NCBI GenBank assembly: GCA_963787445.1
Contig: CAWBCT010000005.1
Coordinates: 544,001 to 608,000, forward strand
Source: an uncultured archaeon
GTDB lineage: Archaea; Micrarchaeota; Micrarchaeia; Micrarchaeales; CABMGC01
Reading direction: 5' to 3'
DNA length: 64,000 bases
The notes beneath the pieces were generated by a model that did not search any database, was not told the origin of the DNA, and saw nothing but the letters and a program-made list of their open reading frames with translations. Positions 56,831-64,000 of this stretch are shown in pieces. How positions within the stretch are numbered: the stretch's first letter is position 1; each line of letters begins with the position of its first letter. The position numbers and the translations under genes are program-made.

Positions 56831-57823
56831 ATGAATGACGATATCGAAATAACTGTTCATTCCGAAGGTGCAAAAGAGAAGCCCGCACGACCGAAGGAGA
56901 AGGCAGTAGTGATCGAAGAATGTCCGGATCACAGGTATACGGACAGCAACATCTCGGACCAGATTGCCGATGCGATTACAAACGGCAACTACAATGAAGA
57001 CGGCAGCAGACGCTATGACTTCAGCCAGAACCCTGTCTTCGGAGAGATGCAGGGACAGAAGCTAAACAAATTTATTGACAGCCACAATGGCGAAAAGGTC
57101 CTGTTCTCAACCAACGTGGCTGCCGACGCAGAAGAGAACATGGAAGCGATAAAGTACTTCCACAAGGTCTATGACATAGCTGTAGTGGAAGTGAGCCATC
57201 ACGACTGCGGCGGCGTAGGAATGAAGTGCGCCTGCGAACAGGGAATGGTATATGATAAGAACAGCGAACCCATAAGCCGGCAGATGGCCCACCTCGATGG
57301 ACTGCCGGGCGACAGAACCCAGAAAGAGGCTCAAAATGCAACTTTCCAGATAGCGAAGATACGAAGGAACCTTGCCGATGGAGGCGAGCTAGAGATGCTT
57401 CCGCTCACAGCCGACTTTTCTGGCTACCGCAAGGTCGAAGACCCGGCCAACAAGGTCCTCCTCATAGCAACTTCAGACGACATATCGCGTTCGGAACTCT
57501 GCAAGATTGCAGAGGTAGACCGTGCGACCAAGGGGGTGTACGTGCTACGCACGCACCTGACCGAAGATCCAAAGAGCCTTGAAGGAATACTCTCCAGCAC
57601 CGCCTGCAGCATTGTAGGCCTGCACATAAGAGACATAAGGCTTGTTCCCACCTCTCAAGAACGGAAGTCCATGATGGACAAGCTCAAGCCCGAACTTGAA
57701 AAACTTGGCGCAGTGGCAGAGCACGGTGCAAATGTCAGCGTGCCCAACTTCTACAGGGACACGGGCGGAGTTTCGCTAAGGAAAGAAGAGAGAACGGGTG
57801 CGCCAAAAAAAGTTAAGGCGTAA
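56831..57823 (+). CDS. Divergent beta-carbonic-anhydrase-like protein
   Basis: VVIEECPDHR and VSHHDCGG match the C-x-D-x-R and H-x-x-C-G zinc ligands; AGGTGA SD. Confidence 0.55.
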   Translation: MNDDIEITVHSEGAKEKPARPKEKAVVIEECPDHRYTDSNISDQIADAITNGNYNEDGSRRYDFSQNPVFGEMQGQKLNKFIDSHNGEKVLFSTNVAADAEENMEAIKYFHKVYDIAVVEVSHHDCGGVGMKCACEQGMVYDKNSEPISRQMAHLDGLPGDRTQKEAQNATFQIAKIRRNLADGGELEMLPLTADFSGYRKVEDPANKVLLIATSDDISRSELCKIAEVDRATKGVYVLRTHLTEDPKSLEGILSSTACSIVGLHIRDIRLVPTSQERKSMMDKLKPELEKLGAVAEHGANVSVPNFYRDTGGVSLRKEERTGAPKKVKA

Positions 57824-57902
57824 CGGCTGCGCCAGAAGGCTAGAAAGCCAAGCCCCACCCCTAACTTTTATATTTTGCGATGGCCATCTAGAGTGTGGGA
57901 TT

Positions 57903-58523
57903 ATGCCATTCATAGTTATCGAGGGTACCGACGGTTCCGGAAAGACAAGCGTCGCAAAAATACTGCAGCAAAAGCTCAACGCCACCCTGATCAAAACCTC
58001 CATGACTCCCTACCTGCCCGACCTGAGGCAGTACGTTGATGCGCATCCTGAAAACGTGATGGCACGCTTTACCTATTTTCTATCCCTGAACAAATATACC
58101 GCAGACACGCGCATGGGCCCGAAGAATGCGATAAATATATTCGACCGGTATGTTTTTTCGACGTTTGCGGCGCACGTCGCACTCGACGAGATATACAACA
58201 AGGGCAAGGATGTTGCTGAGATAACGCAAATTTACAACCAGGAACGTAAACTTTTACCGGCTCCCGATGCAATCATATTTCTCTACGCTGACTCCAAGGT
58301 TCGAGAGGAGCGCCTGAATTTAAGAAAGAATCAGCTCGACCACCTCGACACGAACAAAAAGTCAACCGACCGAAAGCAGGAACTCTTCAAGGCCATAGCC
58401 TCGGAACTGCTTGCGGAAAAGGTGGTAACTGTTGTAGAGATAGACACCACAAAACTTTCACTAGAACAAATCGTCGACAAGATATTGGGTTCTGCGAAAC
58501 TGCGAAAACTTCTGGCTTTGTAG
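57903..58523 (+). CDS. Thymidylate kinase-like protein
   Basis: FIVIEGTDGSGKTS, IFDRYVFST.A, PD.IIFL, R.ERL..R. Confidence 0.85.
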   Translation: MPFIVIEGTDGSGKTSVAKILQQKLNATLIKTSMTPYLPDLRQYVDAHPENVMARFTYFLSLNKYTADTRMGPKNAINIFDRYVFSTFAAHVALDEIYNKGKDVAEITQIYNQERKLLPAPDAIIFLYADSKVREERLNLRKNQLDHLDTNKKSTDRKQELFKAIASELLAEKVVTVVEIDTTKLSLEQIVDKILGSAKLRKLLAL

Positions 58524-58569
58524 GAAAAGTTTATATATTATTTTGTCCTTTATCAGTACGGTTGGGATA

Positions 58570-59133
58570 GTGTCAGTTAGCGTTACCGCTATAGATAGCG
58601 AGATTCTTAATGCGATACGTGACGCTTCGGACCTCTACAAGGATTTAAGCCCCCGGCAGATCGATTACATTAAAAGAGACCCCAGGGACCCCGAAGGCAA
58701 TGGCGTACTGCACCTTCTCAGGAGGTACAACATACAATCCAACAAGGTAAGCACGCTTGTGGAACTCGGATTGGACCCTCTGGCCCGCAATAGGCTGGGC
58801 CATCTTCCGATAGACTCCGCAATCATGCAAGACCCAGAGTCCTATGGAAACGGCTTCGTCAGGGAGTTCTTGATGCTGATGAAAAGCATCCCCGGATACA
58901 CCGATGAGGCAAAGCTGAAAGACCTGAACAATACCTACCGCATAGCCGGCGCCATGAACAACAATGGCGTAAGGCATGCCCTGGCCGACGCCATGGCTCC
59001 TCTTCTGCTTTCAAAAAAAAACAACGACGCAGATGAGGCAAATGTGGAAAGAAAGGTCACGCACCTAACTGGTGTGCACCGCAACCCCTCACAGGTGCGC
59101 CAAGTCAGGTCTAGACGCAAGCTCGTAGCGTAA
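58570..59133 (+). CDS. Ankyrin-repeat-like protein
   Basis: DPEGNGVLHLL...LVELGLDPLARNRLGHLPIDSA fits one to two ankyrin repeats; start uncertain (GTG 58570). Confidence 0.55.
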   Translation: MSVSVTAIDSEILNAIRDASDLYKDLSPRQIDYIKRDPRDPEGNGVLHLLRRYNIQSNKVSTLVELGLDPLARNRLGHLPIDSAIMQDPESYGNGFVREFLMLMKSIPGYTDEAKLKDLNNTYRIAGAMNNNGVRHALADAMAPLLLSKKNNDADEANVERKVTHLTGVHRNPSQVRQVRSRRKLVA

Positions 59134-59138
59134 TCTGA

Positions 59139-61445
59139 TTAAAGCTCCTGGGCCACGGTAGCTCCGTGCTCCGCCTTCTCCCTGCTCAGCATGTATATCC
59201 TCGCATTAGAGACCCGCTTGAGCTGCTCGTCGTGCGTTATGATGAACACCTGCCCCACCAGCTCGGGCAGCGTCTCGTTGAGCATGGTCACCAACTTGGA
59301 GAGCCCCTGCTGGTCTATGTTGTGCGTCGGCTCGTCCAGGATCAGCCACTTCAGGTTCGGCACCAGCACCAGCGAGAAGGCTATCCTGAGCGCCATGCAG
59401 GCTATGCTGCGCTCCCCGCCGCTCGCTATCGAGTTGACGTTCTCCCAGGCGGGCTCGCCGTCCCTCAGGCTCTGCAGCTGCAGGGCGTAGTCGCTCTCGT
59501 TCGCATCAAGCATTATTCCCGTGTAATCGCCGTAGGGGTACAGCCTCGGCCACATCCCCTCCATTATCTGGTTTATGGCGCTCACCAGATGGCTGCGGAG
59601 CGCTCCCTGGGTCTCCTCCAGCGCATTCTTGAAGCGCGAGAGATCGTCTATGGTGCCCTTCTTCTGGTTCAGCTCAGCGTACATCGCATCTATGCGCGCT
59701 ATCTCTCCCTCCTTGTCCTTAATCTGGACCGTCTTCTCGTCAATCGCATTCACGCTTGAGAACAGCAGCGCGCTTTTGCCCGATATCTGTGAACTAGCCT
59801 CGGTGTGCCTCTTCTGCAGCGCCTCAATCTTGGCGTTGTCAACGACTAATCCCTTCATCTCCTTCTTCCTGAGTTCCAATGTCGCCGAGTAACGGTCCCG
59901 GTCTGCGACCTGCTTTGTAATCCTCTCCACATTCTCCCTGGATGCCTTCAGTTTGGCAAGGTTTTCCGAGCCTTTTGTCACTGATTCCTCAACTGACGAA
60001 GCCGCGCTAGTAAGGGTTTTAATCTGATCGGAGAGTCTTGCAAGTTCCTTTGAAGCCCTCTCGCCATTAGCCTCAAGATCCCCGTAGGACTTGATCCTCT
60101 CAAGCGTCACCGTAAGGCTGTTCAGCTCCGCGGTAAGCTTTGCAACTTGCTCTCTCTTCTGAGTTCTCGAGGCTCCAAGAGTTGTTATTTTGGACGAGGA
60201 GTTCTTGATCACTTCCTGCCTGGATTTTACCAGCTCGGCATGCTTGTGTTCGCTTAGCTCACTGTCGCAGATTGGGCATTTGCTAATGTGCCTCCTTAGC
60301 TCATCGAGCGATTTTTCGGCCTCCTGCTTGAGCACTGCGCTGTGCGCGTACTCCTTTTCCATCGATTCCAACTCTTTGGTTATGCCGTCAAGCTGCACCT
60401 TTACCGTACTTTCCGATCTGCCCTTCATCTTCTCTTCTGCCAGCCGCTTCTCCTTCTTGTTCTTCTCTATGTCCTGAAGCTCCTTCTCCAGCTTGCCGAT
60501 GTTTCCCTGTGTGCTCTGCAATAGGCTTAAATGTTCTGTACGCTTCTTTTTCAGTTCTGAGATGGAAGTGTTTGTGAAATTGATTTGCTTTTCCAGTTCT
60601 TCAACAGATGGCAGCGTCTTCCCGTCAACCGCGCCTATCTCCTTTTCGAGAATTCCGACCTTGCTCTCAAGCTCTCCGGTCTCCTTCTCCAGCTGTATCT
60701 TCTTTTCGTAGAGCTTCTTCAATGCTAACAGTTCAGTGCCCATCTGGGTCTCAGCAGCTTTAAGCACCCTGAGCGCCTCCTCTGTAGCTACCTTCTCTTT
60801 TTCAAGTTTCGACAGCTCTTCCTTCATTTGAATATGCTGCTCCCTGAGTTTCTTGAGGTCGAAGCCCTTCGCCAGCTTCTCCGAGTCTGCGATCATCTCC
60901 TTTATCCTGTTTATCAGGCTTCCTGCGTTCTCCTGAGCCGCCGCGAAGCGGTCAAGGCCCAGCAGGTTGTCTATCTGCTTCTTCCGGTCCGACGCGCCTA
61001 GCTCCAGGAAGTAGTCTAGCCTGTTCTGCTCCGCGTATATCGCCCTTGCAAACAGGTCGTAGTCGACCTTCAGCACCTTCTCCACCTCCTCGGTGACCCG
61101 CTGCGGCTGGGACTGCACGTAAACGTCGTTCTTCTTGAAGGTCGCCTTGGCTGTCTCGTCAAGCGAGATGCTGCGCTCAACCGTGTACGGGATGCCGTCC
61201 ACCTCGAACCCCAGCTTCACCCTGGCGCTGCGCTTCTGCTCCGGCTTGTTCCTGATGAGGTCCTCCACCTTGACGCGCCGGTTCTTTATCGCAGGAAAGG
61301 TGCCGAAGAAGCCGAACGAGATGGCGTCGAGTATGGAGCTCTTCCCGGCTCCCATCTGGCCGATGAGTATGTTGGTGCCGTTTGAGAAGCTGAGCGTCGT
61401 GAGGCCGTGGGCCTTCCAATTCTCGAGCTCTATGTAGTTTATCAT
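59139..61445 (-). CDS. rad50: Rad50 (SMC-family) ATPase
   Basis: GQMGAGKSS, coiled coils with central CPIC zinc hook, SGGER, LILDEPT.N.D, ITHD. Confidence 0.93.
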   Translation of the reverse strand: MINYIELENWKAHGLTTLSFSNGTNILIGQMGAGKSSILDAISFGFFGTFPAIKNRRVKVEDLIRNKPEQKRSARVKLGFEVDGIPYTVERSISLDETAKATFKKNDVYVQSQPQRVTEEVEKVLKVDYDLFARAIYAEQNRLDYFLELGASDRKKQIDNLLGLDRFAAAQENAGSLINRIKEMIADSEKLAKGFDLKKLREQHIQMKEELSKLEKEKVATEEALRVLKAAETQMGTELLALKKLYEKKIQLEKETGELESKVGILEKEIGAVDGKTLPSVEELEKQINFTNTSISELKKKRTEHLSLLQSTQGNIGKLEKELQDIEKNKKEKRLAEEKMKGRSESTVKVQLDGITKELESMEKEYAHSAVLKQEAEKSLDELRRHISKCPICDSELSEHKHAELVKSRQEVIKNSSSKITTLGASRTQKREQVAKLTAELNSLTVTLERIKSYGDLEANGERASKELARLSDQIKTLTSAASSVEESVTKGSENLAKLKASRENVERITKQVADRDRYSATLELRKKEMKGLVVDNAKIEALQKRHTEASSQISGKSALLFSSVNAIDEKTVQIKDKEGEIARIDAMYAELNQKKGTIDDLSRFKNALEETQGALRSHLVSAINQIMEGMWPRLYPYGDYTGIMLDANESDYALQLQSLRDGEPAWENVNSIASGGERSIACMALRIAFSLVLVPNLKWLILDEPTHNIDQQGLSKLVTMLNETLPELVGQVFIITHDEQLKRVSNARIYMLSREKAEHGATVAQEL

Positions 61446-61541
61446 AGAACCATAGGAATTCCTGTTCTAAAGTATAAATTATCTTGCCTTTGAGCTTGGG
61501 AATGCCCTTCGGGGATAGTTATTTAAGATTGACCCCTGATA

Positions 61542-61556
61542 TATAACTGAGTTATA
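61542..61556. promoter_or_regulatory. Palindromic operator candidate in the suf promoter
   Basis: TATAACT-G-AGTTATA perfect inverted repeat between TATA (tatttaag, 61520-61527) and the GGTG SD. Confidence 0.6.
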
Positions 61557-61565
61557 GGTGGATGG

Positions 61566-61895
61566 ATGACTAGCGCGTATGAGACTGGGGAAAAGGAGAT
61601 CCTGCCCGCGGTGCGCTACGCGCTCATCCAGGAGCTCAGCGACAGGTACCACCAGAAGGAGGAGCAGATCGCGAAGGAGCTCGGGATAACCCAGGCTGCG
61701 ATAAGCAAGTACCTTAACGGCAAGATCTCGGACAAGGTAAAGGGGATCTCCGACAAGCTGGACCGCAAGCTCATAGACATCTACGCCAAGAAGATAGCAG
61801 AAGGCGACCAGAGCATGGTAAACGCGTGCATCTGCACGGTCTGCAACAAGCTGAACGACTTCGGCTGCAAGTTCTCGCACGCCAAGTCCGTCTAG
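61566..61895 (+). CDS. HTH transcriptional regulator with C-terminal Cys cluster (putative suf regulator)
   Basis: ILPAVR...EL, IAKELGITQAAISKYL.GK HTH, CICTVC...C; first gene of the suf operon. Confidence 0.85.
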   Translation: MTSAYETGEKEILPAVRYALIQELSDRYHQKEEQIAKELGITQAAISKYLNGKISDKVKGISDKLDRKLIDIYAKKIAEGDQSMVNACICTVCNKLNDFGCKFSHAKSV

Positions 61896-61912
61896 ATAGC
61901 ACAGGTATCAAA

Positions 61913-63328
61913 ATGGCCGATCAAAAAACAGCCGCTAGCGTAGTTCAATCCGAGGAGTACAAGGAGAGGTACGGATTCAACGTCAACGTCGAGTACGACG
62001 ACTTCGAGAAGGGCCTTTCCGAGAAGGTTGTGCGCAAGATCTCCGAGATAAAGGGCGAACCGGACTGGATGCTCGAGAAGCGCCTGACTGCGCTGAAGAT
62101 ATTCTACAGCAAGCCGATGCCCAAGTGGGGTGCGGACCTTAGCGGCATAAATTTTGATGATATCTGGTACTACAGGAACCCGAAGCACGTGAAGGCGAAC
62201 AAGTGGGAGGACGTTCCTGAGGACATAAAGAAGACCTTTGAGAAACTCGGAGTCCCGGAGGCGGAGAGGAAGTTCTTTGCCGGCGCCGAGTCGCAATTCG
62301 ACTCTTCGGTGGTTTACTCCCACGTAAACAAGGAGCTCGAGAGGCTTGGGATAATATTCGTAGACACCGACACTGCGGTAAAGAAGTATCCTGAACTGGT
62401 GAAGAAATACTTCGGGACAGTGATTCCCTCCACAGACAACAAATTCGCAGCCCTAAACACCGCAACCTGGTCTGGTGGTTCGTTCATTTACATTCCAAAA
62501 GGCGTCAAGGCAACAATGCCGCTTAATGCCTACTTCAGAATCAACGCAAACAACTCCGGCCAGTTCGAAAGAACCTTAATAATCGCGGATGAAGGAGCCG
62601 ACGTTACGTACATCGAAGGTTGCACTTCGCCAGTCTACTCGGCAAACTCGCTTCATTCAGCGATAGTCGAGCTTGTGGCGATGAAAGATGCGCACATACG
62701 ATACGTCACAATACAAAACTGGTCAAAGAACATTTACAATCTTGTTACGCAACGCGCGCATGTAGGGGAGAACGGGCGCGTTGAATGGATCGACGCCAAC
62801 ATAGGCAGCAAGATCAACATGAAATATCCCTCAATATACTTGATGGGCAAGGGTGCGAGCGGAGAGGTCCTCTCAGTCGCGGTCGCCGGAGATGGGCAGG
62901 TGCAAGACTCAGGCGGCAAGATATATCACCTAGCCCCCAATACAACCTCAAAGATAATTTCAAAGAGCGTCTCTAAGGGCAGCGGAGTCAGCACCTTTAG
63001 AGGGTTGCTGCACGTGGCAAAGAACGCCGCCAATTCAAAGTCGCACGTCTCGTGCGACGCGCTCCTGCTCGACGGCTTCGCAAAGACCAACACCTATCCT
63101 TACAACCAGATAAACCGCAGCGATGCAATCATCAGCCACGAGGCCAAGATCGGCAAGATAAGCGATGAGATGATCTTCTACATGATGTCGCGCGGCATAC
63201 CTGAGGAAGATGCAGTTGCCATGATTGTGCTCGGCTTCATAGACGACCTCACGAAAGTGCTCCCCATGGAATACTCGCTTGAGCTAAAGCGCCTGATAAA
63301 GCTGGACACGACGGGCGGAGTGGGCTAA
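61913..63328 (+). CDS. sufB: Fe-S cluster assembly protein SufB
   Basis: IS..K.EP.WML..R, DNKFAALN.A.WSGGSF, GQFERTLII, YIEGCT.P, QNWS, KYPS, HEA.IGKI. Confidence 0.96.
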   Translation: MADQKTAASVVQSEEYKERYGFNVNVEYDDFEKGLSEKVVRKISEIKGEPDWMLEKRLTALKIFYSKPMPKWGADLSGINFDDIWYYRNPKHVKANKWEDVPEDIKKTFEKLGVPEAERKFFAGAESQFDSSVVYSHVNKELERLGIIFVDTDTAVKKYPELVKKYFGTVIPSTDNKFAALNTATWSGGSFIYIPKGVKATMPLNAYFRINANNSGQFERTLIIADEGADVTYIEGCTSPVYSANSLHSAIVELVAMKDAHIRYVTIQNWSKNIYNLVTQRAHVGENGRVEWIDANIGSKINMKYPSIYLMGKGASGEVLSVAVAGDGQVQDSGGKIYHLAPNTTSKIISKSVSKGSGVSTFRGLLHVAKNAANSKSHVSCDALLLDGFAKTNTYPYNQINRSDAIISHEAKIGKISDEMIFYMMSRGIPEEDAVAMIVLGFIDDLTKVLPMEYSLELKRLIKLDTTGGVG

Positions 63329-63343
63329 ACCGCGGTGAATTGA

Positions 63344-64000
63344 TTGAAGGACTACGGCGAGTTTAAAGAGGATGCGCTACAGCAGTACGCTAGCCTTCCG
63401 GACGAGCTCAACGAGCTTTACACGCGCTATTACCAGCCCATCAAGCTTCCGGAGCCTGATTCACTGAACGCCGCCGCAGCCCCCGCCTCTGCAAAGAAGG
63501 TCGAGGCTCTTGTCGCATCCATAGAGAAGAAGACCCGGATAAACTTTGACCTTGTCTTCTCAGACTCGTTCGTGCGCAACAACACCGATTTCATACAGCT
63601 AAAGAAGGTAAGCGAGCTTGGCGAGCTGCTCGGGCGCAAGATCTACAAGAGCCAGAACAACAAGCTTGCCGCATTCGTAAATGCGTACTCAACCGATGCA
63701 ATACTCGTGAAGCTCAAGAAGGGCGAGAAGAGGAGCGTAAATGTGCTCTTCATAAACGACTCAAACCTGCTGTTCCAGGGCATCTTCGAGGTAGGGGAAG
63801 GCGCAAGCCTCACTATTTCGGAGCTTTTTGCCTCAACCGCCGTTTCCGAGTCGCTTGTTGCGCCGCTTCAGGAGTTCCACCTGGGCCAGGACGCCCACCT
63901 GGAGCTGAACCTGATAGGCGACTGCAATGAGCAGACCACTTTACTTAATCTATCTAAAGGCGTCCTCGGCGAGAACGCCAAGGCCCACGTGAACTTTGTG
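63344..64000 (+). CDS. sufD: SufD-like Fe-S assembly protein, 3'-truncated by window edge (absent from ORF track)
   Basis: TTG at 63344 after GGTGA; frame open to the window end (MKDYGEFKEDALQQYASLPDE...NKLAAFVNA...EVGEGASLTISE beta-helix); follows sufB. Confidence 0.8.
   Translation, partial: MKDYGEFKEDALQQYASLPDELNELYTRYYQPIKLPEPDSLNAAAAPASAKKVEALVASIEKKTRINFDLVFSDSFVRNNTDFIQLKKVSELGELLGRKIYKSQNNKLAAFVNAYSTDAILVKLKKGEKRSVNVLFINDSNLLFQGIFEVGEGASLTISELFASTAVSESLVAPLQEFHLGQDAHLELNLIGDCNEQTTLLNLSKGVLGENAKAHVNFV

Overview
Archaeal chromosomal segment, most likely a DPANN/Micrarchaeota-type genome (inferred from archaeal r-proteins S4e/L32e/L19e, TFB, RpoF, CarS, archaeal AlaRS/AspRS, TATA boxes and GGTGA-type Shine-Dalgarno sites). 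Housekeeping content: alaS, carS, rnp1 plus part of the spc ribosomal operon (S17 to S5), tRNA-His, intron-containing tRNA-CAT, rpoF/DUF655, TFB, malic enzyme, beta-CASP nuclease, trxB, a PriL/PriX-like primase subunit, an 11-subunit complex I-like operon (nuoM inverted), RPA, gatCAB plus aspS, a dTMP kinase-like gene, rad50 and a regulator-sufB-sufD operon. The most striking element is a ~13 kb co-oriented locus (10556-23569). It encodes a membrane-anchored protein ending in a phosphothreonine-lyase-like domain, six tandem paralogous CedA/VirB6-like membrane proteins, two paralogous membrane-anchored VirB4-N-terminal-like proteins, a VirB4/HerA/CedB-like ATPase whose C-terminal module is also encoded as a stand-alone gene, and a Zn-ribbon membrane protein. 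A VirB2/CedA1-like pilin gene lies ~2.5 kb downstream. Together this looks like a domesticated, relaxase-free type-IV-secretion/Ced-like machine. Also notable: a tRNA intron with a self-targeting C/D-guide-like motif, a PriL-N/PriX fusion, palindromic operators at the pilin and suf promoters, and clustered frameshifts (AglB-like, TFB, nuoN) that are probably assembly indels. All family assignments come from reading motifs by eye; no database search was run.
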